Origin: Minisyncoccota bacterium
GTDB taxonomy: Bacteria > Patescibacteriota > Minisyncoccia > Phycocordibacterales > UBA9973
Assembly: GCA_031413715.1 (NCBI GenBank)
Contig: JANOFO010000007.1
Coordinates: 26,338-90,337, forward strand
DNA: 64,000 nucleotides
Direction of reading: 5' to 3'
In this document: one piece after another, positions 50,226-58,453 of the stretch
Numbering within the stretch: position 1 is the first letter of the stretch
Layout: every line of letters starts with the position of its first letter
Made by a program: the position numbers and the translations under genes
Notes under the pieces: generated by a model
The model's database searches: none
The model's input: only the letters and a program-made list of their open reading frames with translations
Told to the model about the DNA's origin: nothing

Positions 50226-50263
50226 ATGTTTTTTATGTAATTAACTATTAATTTAGATTCAGA

Positions 50264-50560
50264 TTAACTAAAAATATTTACAAGAATCATTTCAAGAAAA
50301 ATTATAGTTATTACTCCAAGAAAGAAGCCAAATATACCTGAACGTTTACTTTGAGATCTTTCTATCCAGTAAGCCATCTTAAATTTCTCTACGTTAGACA
50401 TATTAAAAAATTTTACTATATCTCCATGATCTATCTCTTCAAAAGTTTTACCTTTATATTCAAATGGAATCTTTCCTGTTGAATCAAATTCAATTCCCCA
50501 GTTTTTATGATTCCTTTTTGAAATTAAAGTTTCAATATCTTTAACATCTTTTTCTTCCAT
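50264..50560 (-). CDS. Hypothetical protein with C-terminal TM helix, first gene upstream of dnaK
   Basis: 98-aa ORF starting 6 nt after a TTGTCA-N17-TAGAAT promoter. Confidence 0.65.
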   Translation of the reverse strand: MEEKDVKDIETLISKRNHKNWGIEFDSTGKIPFEYKGKTFEEIDHGDIVKFFNMSNVEKFKMAYWIERSQSKRSGIFGFFLGVITIIFLEMILVNIFS

Positions 50561-50598
50561 ATTCTTATTCTATACTAACTATTTATTTTTGACAAGTA

Positions 50599-50614
50599 TT
50601 TCGTGACCACGAAA
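50599..50614. promoter_or_regulatory. Palindromic candidate operator between divergent promoters
   Basis: TTTCGTG-AC-CACGAAA. Confidence 0.5.
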
Positions 50615-50654
50615 ACCCTGTTGATATTATATTTATGGGTGATATAATGTCAAT

Positions 50655-51230
50655 ATGCACAATCAAAAGCCCCGTCCGACCGGTAGGCCATCCGGGCGGG
50701 CATCAATTCAGAAGGCAATACTTAAAATTTTAGCTAATAAGAAGGCTATTTCTCTAGATTCCATACAAGAGGCTGCAGAAGAGGCTAAATTACCTCAAAA
50801 TCAAGACAATAAGGCTAATTATGCCATTACTCGCTCCATCAAAAACCTTGTCTCTGATGGACTTGTAGAGGCTTTTAACTCTGAACATAAACAGTATTTC
50901 CGGCTGACTCCAGATGGCAAGAGCAGGCTCAACAACCTGACCCTAGATACCAATGGAAGCCTCGTCTCCACTCATTGGGATGGTTACTGGCGCATAGTCC
51001 TCCTAAACCTGCCTGAAGATCGTAAAAGTGAGCGCGAAGCTCTCCGCTACCTACTCAAGAAAGCGGGGTTTGTATGTGTGAAAAATTCTGTATGGGTATC
51101 TATGTACCCTTTCGAGCATTTATTCACGAATATTAAAAAAGATTTAGGTTTGACTACAGAGCTCATCATCATGGTTACCGATAAGCTTGATGAAGATACA
51201 GAGGAAGCATTTTTGAAACTCATAAAATAA
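50655..51230 (+). CDS. PaaX-like transcriptional regulator (winged HTH plus Cas2-like central domain)
   Basis: AITRSIKNLVSDGLV...FRLTPDG, WDGYWRIVLLNLPE, LKKAGF...NSVWV. Confidence 0.78.
   Translation: MHNQKPRPTGRPSGRASIQKAILKILANKKAISLDSIQEAAEEAKLPQNQDNKANYAITRSIKNLVSDGLVEAFNSEHKQYFRLTPDGKSRLNNLTLDTNGSLVSTHWDGYWRIVLLNLPEDRKSEREALRYLLKKAGFVCVKNSVWVSMYPFEHLFTNIKKDLGLTTELIIMVTDKLDEDTEEAFLKLIK
50671..50700. repeat. GC-rich palindrome in frame at the 5' end of the PaaX-like gene
   Basis: cccgtccgaccggtaggccatccgggcggg, 30 bp. Confidence 0.65.
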
Positions 51231-51259
51231 AATCCCTCAACGAGGGATTTTATTTTATG
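51221..51259. terminator. Bidirectional terminator with 18-bp arms
   Basis: cataaaataaaatccctc-aac-gagggattttattttatg. Confidence 0.75.
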
Positions 51260-51411
51260 TTCTTATTAATAAATTTATGCTTCTTTAAGAAATTTACTAC
51301 TGGTTTTCCGCAACTTAAACAAAAATCTTTTTCCTTGAAAACACCGACACCTGCTCTTACAGTATCACCTTTTATATTCTTTTTACAGATGTCGCATTTG
51401 GTGAGATGCAT
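51250..51411 (-). CDS. 53-aa CxxC...CxxC zinc-finger microprotein
   Basis: MHLTKCDICKKNIKGDTVRAGVGVFKEKDFCLSCGKPVVNFLKKHKFINKNIK; not in the ORF track. Confidence 0.7.
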   Translation of the reverse strand: MHLTKCDICKKNIKGDTVRAGVGVFKEKDFCLSCGKPVVNFLKKHKFINKNIK

Positions 51412-51426
51412 AATAATTAGGTTAAT

Positions 51427-51663
51427 TTATGCAACCACAAACGGAGTGATGGTCCACTTGGATCCTTCTTTTCTAGCTTCAACAACTTTTGATTTATTCT
51501 TTATATTATTTTCAGTACTAGCATTAAAAACACGATCTCCCTTAATGGAAATAAAAACATGCGCACCATTTGGGATCTTGGCATATAAATCCGGATGCTT
51601 ATTTAAATATTGATCAAATTCTAAAGAAAGCTCAATATTTTTTTCTATAATTTTCTTAGTCAT
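51427..51663 (-). CDS. DUF5647-like small protein (putative antitoxin)
   Basis: KNIELSLEFDQYLNKHPDLYAKIPNGA; ATGA overlap with the upstream gene. Confidence 0.6.
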   Translation of the reverse strand: MTKKIIEKNIELSLEFDQYLNKHPDLYAKIPNGAHVFISIKGDRVFNASTENNIKNKSKVVEARKEGSKWTITPFVVA

Positions 51664-51980
51664 ATTTTATATTTTCTTCTTACTTTTATATAATTTTCCC
51701 TTATTCTGACAAAGTTCTTAATTATATAGCTTTTGGACTCAGTAAAGGCTGTATTGTTATCTGTATTTAATATTATCCTAAATTGCTTTCTTTGTAAATG
51801 ATAGGTGTGCCTATGAGACAATCCGTGACAATTATCCATTCTCATTATAGTTCTCCAACGACTGTTTATCAAGGCTGAATAATTTACTGAAAAATATGAC
51901 ACTTTCCCACGATTTTGAATGAAGAATATATCTAGTTTATCTTGATCACTTAAGAATTGTGTATACTGAGCCTTCTTCAT
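51660..51980 (-). CDS. Putative toxin/nuclease (RxDNxHG..HxH motif, TumE/DUF6516-like)
   Basis: WRTIMRMDNCHGLSHRHTYH. Confidence 0.55.
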   Translation of the reverse strand: MKKAQYTQFLSDQDKLDIFFIQNRGKVSYFSVNYSALINSRWRTIMRMDNCHGLSHRHTYHLQRKQFRIILNTDNNTAFTESKSYIIKNFVRIRENYIKVRRKYKI

Positions 51981-51983
51981 GAT

Positions 51984-52595
51984 CTATTTTTTATATTCGT
52001 AAATATTTACTCTCGCTGGGCGGATGACTCTCTCGCCTATTTTGTATCCAGATTGAATGATGCTTTCTATGGTATGATCTTTGGATTCGTCTTCTGTGGT
52101 AATTGATTCTATTGATTCATGTAGCATCGGGTCAAATTTTGCTCCTACCTCTGCGATAGGCGTGATGTTATTATCTGCAAGTGCTTGGAGGAATTTTGAT
52201 CGTATGTACTCTATGCCTTGTCGCCAGTTCTTATCTACTGCTTCCCATGCAGATTTGTTGCTCATAGCCATATCAAACGCATCGAGTGCAGGCAATAGTG
52301 AATCCGTAATTTTTTCTACCCCAAGTTCTTTACCGCGAGCAAATTTCATGTCAGCTTCTTTCTGAAGATTCACATAGTCGGCTTTTGCCCTCTGCCATCC
52401 AGTGAGGTACTCTTCTTTGTCTGCGCGAGCTTTTTTGATATCATCATGAAGCTTTTTAACAATGTCTTTGGCAGGCAACGCATCGCCATCTTCTGTGCTA
52501 TCCACGAAAGTTACGTCTTCAAAATCCGATTCAGTAGAATCGTCCCGAGTACCATCGAGGGAAGTTTTTATTTCTTCATCGCTCATAACGCTCAT
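51984..52595 (-). CDS. grpE: Nucleotide exchange factor GrpE
   Basis: WQRAKADYVN, LLPALD, FDPMLHE, GYKIGERVIRPARV. Confidence 0.95.
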   Translation of the reverse strand: MSVMSDEEIKTSLDGTRDDSTESDFEDVTFVDSTEDGDALPAKDIVKKLHDDIKKARADKEEYLTGWQRAKADYVNLQKEADMKFARGKELGVEKITDSLLPALDAFDMAMSNKSAWEAVDKNWRQGIEYIRSKFLQALADNNITPIAEVGAKFDPMLHESIESITTEDESKDHTIESIIQSGYKIGERVIRPARVNIYEYKK

Positions 52596-52633
52596 AGTAT
52601 ACAGAAAAAGACAATTTTTTCAAACATTTATAC

Positions 52634-52675
52634 AGTTATAATCAGAGCAAGCGATAGCTTACTCTGATTATAACT
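52634..52675. repeat. 42-bp palindrome upstream of grpE
   Basis: agttataatcagag-c-aagc-gata-gctt-a-ctctgattataact. Confidence 0.7.
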
Positions 52676-52682
52676 TCAAAAT

Positions 52683-52712
52683 AGAAAAAGATCCCGAAAG
52701 GGATCTTTTTCT
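52683..52712 (-). terminator. Intrinsic terminator after rpsI
   Basis: agaaaaagatccc-gaaa-gggatctttttct (UUUC/GAAA loop). Confidence 0.8.
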
Positions 52713-53125
52713 TAGCGTTTTGACCACTGAGGTGATTTACGGGCTTTTTTGAGGCCGAATTTCTTGCGTTCGACTTGGCGAGGATCGCGCTTGAGCATTT
52801 TTGCTTTCTTGAGCGGAGAGCGAAGCTCACCATCAAACAGTACTAGAGCACGAGAGATACCGTGACGAACCGCTTCAGCTTGAGCATGAGAACCACCACC
52901 TTTGGTTGTAACAACTACTTCAAATTTCTCTGAAGGCGTAGCAGTTTCAAATGCACCAGTGACGATTTTCTTAAGTTCGGCTGTCGGAAAATAGACAACT
53001 AAATCTTTGCCATTAATTGAGTACGAAGTCTTTGATGCTTTGTAAAGACGGACAACGGCAGTTGCAGTCTTGCGTCGGCCGATTGCTCTATAATATTCTT
53101 TTGTAGATGTTTTCTTTTCTACCAT
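52712..53125 (-). CDS. rpsI: 30S ribosomal protein S9
   Basis: GRRKTA, GGG..AQAEA, ERKKFGLKKARKSPQWSKR. Confidence 0.98.
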   Translation of the reverse strand: MVEKKTSTKEYYRAIGRRKTATAVVRLYKASKTSYSINGKDLVVYFPTAELKKIVTGAFETATPSEKFEVVVTTKGGGSHAQAEAVRHGISRALVLFDGELRSPLKKAKMLKRDPRQVERKKFGLKKARKSPQWSKR

Positions 53126-53129
53126 ACAT

Positions 53130-53480
53130 TTATTCTGTTATTGTTAAGCGTTTCATCATAAGTGGGCGTAGCTTGTTGGATGGAAGCATGCCATAAACAG
53201 CAAGTTCATACAAACCTTTCCAACCTTTTTCCTTAATAATCTTATCGTTGGTTGCAACTTTGAATCCTCCTGGATATCCAGAATATGTCTCATGAAGGGT
53301 TTCTCCGCGACGGCGCTCAGACATTTTCGTCTTGCCGGCATTGGTAATATATACACGTACATCAGCAACGTTATTCGCAGTATAGTCAACAGACGTTTTA
53401 CCCATCAGGAATTTTGCGGCAACGCTTGCAGCGCGTCCGAGAGTCATATTTGTGGCATCGATTGTGTGTGTTTTAGTCAT
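53130..53480 (-). CDS. rplM: 50S ribosomal protein L13 (short form)
   Basis: IDATNMTLGR, YSGYPGG, AVYGMLP. Confidence 0.95.
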   Translation of the reverse strand: MTKTHTIDATNMTLGRAASVAAKFLMGKTSVDYTANNVADVRVYITNAGKTKMSERRRGETLHETYSGYPGGFKVATNDKIIKEKGWKGLYELAVYGMLPSNKLRPLMMKRLTITE

Positions 53481-53485
53481 AAGTA

Positions 53486-53839
53486 TTATACAAATTCTAT
53501 TACAGCCATTTTACTTGCATCACCTGCGCGTCGCGGCATTTTTGTAATACGCGTATATCCTCCAGCACGACCTTTGTATTTCGGAGCGATAACATCAACA
53601 AGCTTGTTTGATTCAGCAGTCAGATTATAGAGGCGAGACATTACCAAGCGCCTTGAAGCAAGAGTACCGACATTGGCCTTTGTTATCAATTTCTCGATAA
53701 AAGGACGAAGCTCCTTGGCTTTGGCTTCGGTTGTTTCTATACGGCTATGTGCTATAAGAGAAAGCATCAAGCCTTTGAGCAAGGCATGTCTTTGATTCTT
53801 ATCTCTTCCAAACTTTCGTACGTTACTGTGATGTCGCAT
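53486..53839 (-). CDS. rplQ: 50S ribosomal protein L17
   Basis: [20 protein letters not shown]. Confidence 0.97.
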   Translation of the reverse strand: MRHHSNVRKFGRDKNQRHALLKGLMLSLIAHSRIETTEAKAKELRPFIEKLITKANVGTLASRRLVMSRLYNLTAESNKLVDVIAPKYKGRAGGYTRITKMPRRAGDASKMAVIEFV

Positions 53840-53858
53840 ATAATTTCATTAATATTGA

Positions 53859-54842
53859 TTATTTGAGTGTTATACCATATCCGCCCAAGATCTTCTTGAT
53901 CTCCTGGATTCCCTTATCACCAATTCCTTCGATCTCAAGCAGATCCTCTTTCTTTTTACGAGCAATACCGCCTATGGTACGAATGTTCGCGCTATTGAGA
54001 GCGTTTAAAGTTCGAGTGGAAAGATCGAGCGTATCAATGCGAGTCTTTAGAATATCCGTGAACTCGTTGCCTTCACTTCCCGATTTGTCTTCTTTCCCAT
54101 CTTTAGACTCTTCTGTGGTGGATGACGACTCTCTTTCTATCATTTTTGACGAGATTGTAAAGCCTACGATTGCCTGTAATTGTTCTACCATAATAGTGAT
54201 AGCCTGTTCAAGTGCCTCGCGTGGAGAGAGCGTACCGTCAGTTTCAATCGTCATACGGAGTCGATTGTGGTTAGTCTTGTCTCCAACACGCATATTTTCT
54301 ACTTCGTACGAGACACGGCGGATAGGAGTGAAGATCGCATCAACTGCAATCATACCGACTTCTGTTTTATTTTTCTGATGGACATCTTTCGGTACAAAGC
54401 CTAAACCTTTCTCAACTGTCATTTCAATAGAGAGCGTAACTTTTCCAGTGATTTCTGCAATATGAAGCTCTTTGTTAAGCACTTCTACTTGCCCAGAGAC
54501 TTCTATATCACCTGCAGTAACGGTCTTTGGTCCTTTGATTGATATTTTCACTGTCTGAGGCTCATCGGTAGAGAGACGAAAACGAACTTGTTTCAAGTGA
54601 AGGAGAATTGTAATGACATCTTCTTTAACACCATCGAGCACCGAGAACTCGTGATCAGCACCTTCAATTTTGAGTGATGTAATTGCTGCACCAGATAAAG
54701 ACGAGAGTATGATGCGGCGAAGAGAGTTGCCCAGAGTATGGCCATAGCCAGGATAGAGGCCGTCAATTTCATAGACACCCTTCGTGCCTACTTCGGAGAT
54801 GATAGATAATTTTGATGGTAATATGATATTTAAATCAGACAT
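53859..54842 (-). CDS. rpoA: RNA polymerase alpha subunit
   Basis: GYGHTLGNSLRRIILSS, VDAIFTPI, LSTRTLNAL. Confidence 0.98.
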   Translation of the reverse strand: MSDLNIILPSKLSIISEVGTKGVYEIDGLYPGYGHTLGNSLRRIILSSLSGAAITSLKIEGADHEFSVLDGVKEDVITILLHLKQVRFRLSTDEPQTVKISIKGPKTVTAGDIEVSGQVEVLNKELHIAEITGKVTLSIEMTVEKGLGFVPKDVHQKNKTEVGMIAVDAIFTPIRRVSYEVENMRVGDKTNHNRLRMTIETDGTLSPREALEQAITIMVEQLQAIVGFTISSKMIERESSSTTEESKDGKEDKSGSEGNEFTDILKTRIDTLDLSTRTLNALNSANIRTIGGIARKKKEDLLEIEGIGDKGIQEIKKILGGYGITLK

Positions 54843-54913
54843 ATGATATTAGAAAGTTTTAAGCTTTCTTTATTATTATTAAAAGCGAACCAAGCGTATT
54901 ACGCTAATAATGA

Positions 54914-55522
54914 TTAACGACTATAGAACTCAAGCACCGTGTTCAAATCCAAATACCCTTCAACATTTTTAGGCTTACCCTCAACGACACCAGATAAAGA
55001 CTCAGTATTGAATTTCAACCAGTTTGGCAGAGTATATTCTTTCATCTTCTTAGCCATGTCTGCAAACAGTATGCTCTTCTGACTACCACCACGAACAGCA
55101 ATCGCGTCGCCAGGATGAACTCTCTGTGATGCAACGGTAGTTTTCTTGCCATTGACTGTAACATGGCCATGAGAAACCATTTGTCGAGAAAGTCTGCGTG
55201 TATGCGCAAGACCCATTCGATAGACCACATTATCAAGACGAGTCTCTAAAAGCTCAAAGAGATATTCTGTTGCAGGAGTGTTCTTGTGAGCGACAGCTTC
55301 ATTTATATAATTTGAGAATTGACGTTCGCTTAAACCATACATAAAGCGCACTTTCTGCTTCTCAACGAATTGAAGTGCATAACCTGAAAGAGCTTTCGGG
55401 CGCTTGTTTTTCAAATGCTTGGCATGGCGAGCTTCGGACATAACAAACTTAGGTGTTTGACACTTTTCAAACACTCCTGGTCCTAAACGTCTGCAAATTT
55501 TATATTTTTGAACTGTTTTCAT
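54914..55522 (-). CDS. rpsD: 30S ribosomal protein S4
   Basis: EKQKVRFMYG, LETRLDNVVYRMG, RQMVSHGH, EFYSR. Confidence 0.97.
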   Translation of the reverse strand: MKTVQKYKICRRLGPGVFEKCQTPKFVMSEARHAKHLKNKRPKALSGYALQFVEKQKVRFMYGLSERQFSNYINEAVAHKNTPATEYLFELLETRLDNVVYRMGLAHTRRLSRQMVSHGHVTVNGKKTTVASQRVHPGDAIAVRGGSQKSILFADMAKKMKEYTLPNWLKFNTESLSGVVEGKPKNVEGYLDLNTVLEFYSR

Positions 55523-55614
55523 ATAATATTGATTAGTGTATCGTGGGAAGCGTATAGTGAGTAAGGTTTTTTGCTGTTCGCTTTACTCTATCCGCTGCTA
55601 TTCCTTAATTAAAT

Positions 55615-56064
55615 TTATACTCTACGTGGCTTCTTAGCTTTTGGACCATTGTGAGGAACCGGGGTAACATCGCGGACACCTGAAATCTCGATATCATAAG
55701 CCATAAATGCCCGGATCGTCGGCTCGCGGCCACTTCCAACACCTTTGACTTTTACATCCACTTCTTTGATTCCAAGAGCCTTAGCTTTTTCACCAATGAC
55801 AGAGCCAGCTTTTGAAGCCGCAAACGGTGTTCCCTTTTTTGCACCTTTAAATCCGAGAGATCCAGCTGATGTCCAGAATAGTGTATTGCCATCTTTATCA
55901 GATAGAACTACTTTTGTGTTGTTGAAAGTTGCTTCTACATGCAGCGTACCAGAAACAACTTTTCTCTTTGGAACTTTAACAGTTGATTTTGGTGCCTCTT
56001 CAACTTTGGCCACATCTTCTGGTTTACTTTCTTCTTCTTTAGTTATGATTTTTACTTTTCCCAT
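55615..56064 (-). CDS. rpsK: 30S ribosomal protein S11
   Basis: ATFNNT, KKGTPFAA, DVTPVPHNG. Confidence 0.97.
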   Translation of the reverse strand: MGKVKIITKEEESKPEDVAKVEEAPKSTVKVPKRKVVSGTLHVEATFNNTKVVLSDKDGNTLFWTSAGSLGFKGAKKGTPFAASKAGSVIGEKAKALGIKEVDVKVKGVGSGREPTIRAFMAYDIEISGVRDVTPVPHNGPKAKKPRRV

Positions 56065-56082
56065 ATTAATTATGTCTATTAT

Positions 56083-56463
56083 TTACGTCTTGCTTTCCTT
56101 ACGGCGACCTGATGCCATCGTTTTGCGAACATTACCACGAACAGTTCGTGAATTTGTTTTAGTTCTCTGTCCACTGACAGGCAAGCGACGCATATGACGT
56201 ACTCCACGGTATGCTTTAATATCTTTAAGTCTTTTTATATTTGCAGAGATTTCACGCTTGAGTGTGCCTTCTATGGACATAGTCTCGATAACTTTACGGA
56301 TTGCGTTTTCTTGATCAATCGTAAGCGTGTCAGCTTTGATTGTAGGATCAATCTTAGTCTCTTTAAGTATCATACGAGCACGAGAAAGACCAATACCATA
56401 GAGGGATGTTAAGCCTATATCTAAGTGTTTATTGTTTGGAATGGTTATACCTAAAATTCTCAT
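56083..56463 (-). CDS. rpsM: 30S ribosomal protein S13
   Basis: LTSLYGIG, YRGVRH...LPVSGQRTKTNSRT. Confidence 0.97.
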   Translation of the reverse strand: MRILGITIPNNKHLDIGLTSLYGIGLSRARMILKETKIDPTIKADTLTIDQENAIRKVIETMSIEGTLKREISANIKRLKDIKAYRGVRHMRRLPVSGQRTKTNSRTVRGNVRKTMASGRRKESKT

Positions 56464-56487
56464 GATTTATTATTATTTTTGTTTGCT

Positions 56488-56598
56488 CTATTGTTTTTGC
56501 TTATGTTTGGGATTTGAACAAATAACGCGAAGATGGCCCTCCCGTTTAACCAGTTTGCATTTGGCACAGATTTTCTTTACAGCAGATTTAATCTTCAT
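56488..56598 (-). CDS. rpmJ: 50S ribosomal protein L36
   Basis: [36 protein letters not shown]. Confidence 0.95.
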   Translation of the reverse strand: MKIKSAVKKICAKCKLVKREGHLRVICSNPKHKQKQ

Positions 56599-56667
56599 AT
56601 TTGAATAACGCGAAAGAAAAATATAGGGCTTCCACCCTGTATTTTCTCTAAAAGCGTATGTCAGGTT

Positions 56668-56696
56668 ATAGTACACTACTCTCACAGAAAATGCAA
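56668..56696 (-). promoter_or_regulatory. Promoter TTGCAT-N17-TACTAT for the rpmJ..rpsI operon
   Basis: Minus strand reads ttgcat-tttctgtgagagtagtg-tactat, followed by a structured leader. Confidence 0.6.
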
Positions 56697-56728
56697 GCCC
56701 CGAACTATAAACAGATAAGGATACTCTG

Positions 56729-56944
56729 CTAATTCCTTTTTATAATTCTACCCTTACCCCCATACGGATCCAAAAGGACTTCAACCTTGTCACCAACGAA
56801 AACCTTGATTCTGTGCATACGCATCTTTCCTGCCAGATACGTAATGATGATTTTTCCATCCCCTATATCTACGCGAAATAGCGTATTAGGAAGTGCTTCA
56901 GTCACCGTACCCATTACGGTATTATTGTCGTCTTTTTGATTCAT
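56729..56944 (-). CDS. infA: Translation initiation factor IF-1
   Basis: [25 protein letters not shown]. Confidence 0.96.
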   Translation of the reverse strand: MNQKDDNNTVMGTVTEALPNTLFRVDIGDGKIIITYLAGKMRMHRIKVFVGDKVEVLLDPYGGKGRIIKRN

Positions 56945-56988
56945 TTATGTCTATATATACTAACAAGAATTTAGAGAGTGGTCAATTA

Positions 56989-58392
56989 TTATTGAGTATG
57001 GATTCGAATACGAGATGGGTCAGTCGGTAGACGAGATTGCCATGGCGGGAAAATTTTAGCATTAGCTTCGGCTATACCAAGATCTTGTTTAAAGATTGAT
57101 GGAAGATCTTTTTTGGGAATTCCAAGAATATTTGCGCGGAGAGTTTCCTTGTTGGGATGCCAGATGGCAGAGATGGGGCCAGTGAGAGTGAATATGACTG
57201 ACTGGATATCTTTTGTGATACTTTGACTAGGATTTGCAAAAGCAAACGATAGATTCGCAAGATCCGGCAAATCAATTTCATTTAATTCAGCGGATGAAGT
57301 GGAGGGCAATGCATTATTTACGGCGACATGCATTAGATCTTCTTTTTTTAAAATTATAGATGACATAGTGCCACTGATGGTGATTTTACCCTTGGGTGTC
57401 GGAGATAAAATATTATTATTTGCCTGATAAGAAAACTGCATCGCGCTTGGATATAAAATATATCCCGGTGGAACCTGAGCATTTACTTTTTTAATAAGTG
57501 AACTTTTGAATGACGACACCGCGGTCGCATTGACACTGCCTTTATCTTCTGGGCCAAGTGTATAAACTATGCCTTGCGCTCCGCCTGTAAGTGGAGTTTT
57601 AAGTTTGCCATATATTTTTGTGGCTTTAGCTGTGCCCTTAAATCCGTTAATGGAAAAATCAGTTGGCGTGCCATTATATGTTTCTCCTGGCAGAAAAGCT
57701 GTGATACCGACATTTACACTTCCTGGAATAATTTTTTTTGATGTATCCAATTTGTATCCTGGAATAGTAACAGTCTTATCGGTCTCATATGTTTTACCGC
57801 TGGGATCAGACACTTTGGTGCGCACAAGCAGATTCTGTGCTTTGGTTGAGAACTCGTTATATAGGGTCATGACTCCTTGAGCTTTTATAGATACATCTTG
57901 CGGATTTGTAAGAGTTACATCTTTGGATTGTTCATCCGAGACAATCATAATCTGAAACTCGAGTTGTGATTTTGGATCAATAGATGCAATAAACTCTTTA
58001 TGGTCAAAATTTAAAGACTCTCGCCTCTCGATGATTGTGATATTTACCCTCTCTAAGAGATGCGCCGTCCAATATATGCCACCGAAAAGCAATGCACTGA
58101 TGAGCGTAGTAATGAGAGATTTCCGGATACCACCTGAGGGCTTCGCGATACGAGGTGTACTAAATATTTTATCATTATAATCTCTCGTATTTTTTGGGGG
58201 TATGTAAGGACTTGAATTAAAAATGTGTGCTTTTTCTTCTTTGACTATTTCATTAAGTTTTGGGGATTTTTTCGACACTATTGTTTGAGGTGTTGATAGC
58301 GCTGCCTTAGAGTTTACACTACCACGTGTAATCTGAGTAATCCTAACACCTCTTGGCTTTACATCTTCCATTGCTTTCTTTTTCATACGCAT
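56989..58392 (-). CDS. Single-pass membrane protein with a large beta-rich outer region (baseplate-J-like by recollection)
   Basis: Basic disordered N-terminus, one TM, then AQGVMTLYN, TVTIPG, PGETYN, F.I.G, LTGG motifs. Confidence 0.6.
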   Translation of the reverse strand: MRMKKKAMEDVKPRGVRITQITRGSVNSKAALSTPQTIVSKKSPKLNEIVKEEKAHIFNSSPYIPPKNTRDYNDKIFSTPRIAKPSGGIRKSLITTLISALLFGGIYWTAHLLERVNITIIERRESLNFDHKEFIASIDPKSQLEFQIMIVSDEQSKDVTLTNPQDVSIKAQGVMTLYNEFSTKAQNLLVRTKVSDPSGKTYETDKTVTIPGYKLDTSKKIIPGSVNVGITAFLPGETYNGTPTDFSINGFKGTAKATKIYGKLKTPLTGGAQGIVYTLGPEDKGSVNATAVSSFKSSLIKKVNAQVPPGYILYPSAMQFSYQANNNILSPTPKGKITISGTMSSIILKKEDLMHVAVNNALPSTSSAELNEIDLPDLANLSFAFANPSQSITKDIQSVIFTLTGPISAIWHPNKETLRANILGIPKKDLPSIFKQDLGIAEANAKIFPPWQSRLPTDPSRIRIHTQ

Positions 58393-58453
58393 AAATTCTT
58401 TACCTTATGTAAATTTAACTGATAACTTTTTTTGTTTGAGAATTTTGGAGTAT

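Noticed and set aside
50655-51230. Cas2 / CRISPR system
   Set aside because: The Cas2-like segment is fused to a winged helix as in PaaX; no cas1 or repeat-spacer array was seen in the window.
56989-58392. Prophage, because of the baseplate-like protein
   Set aside because: No integrase, terminase, capsid or tail genes; the protein is membrane-anchored and flanked by housekeeping genes.
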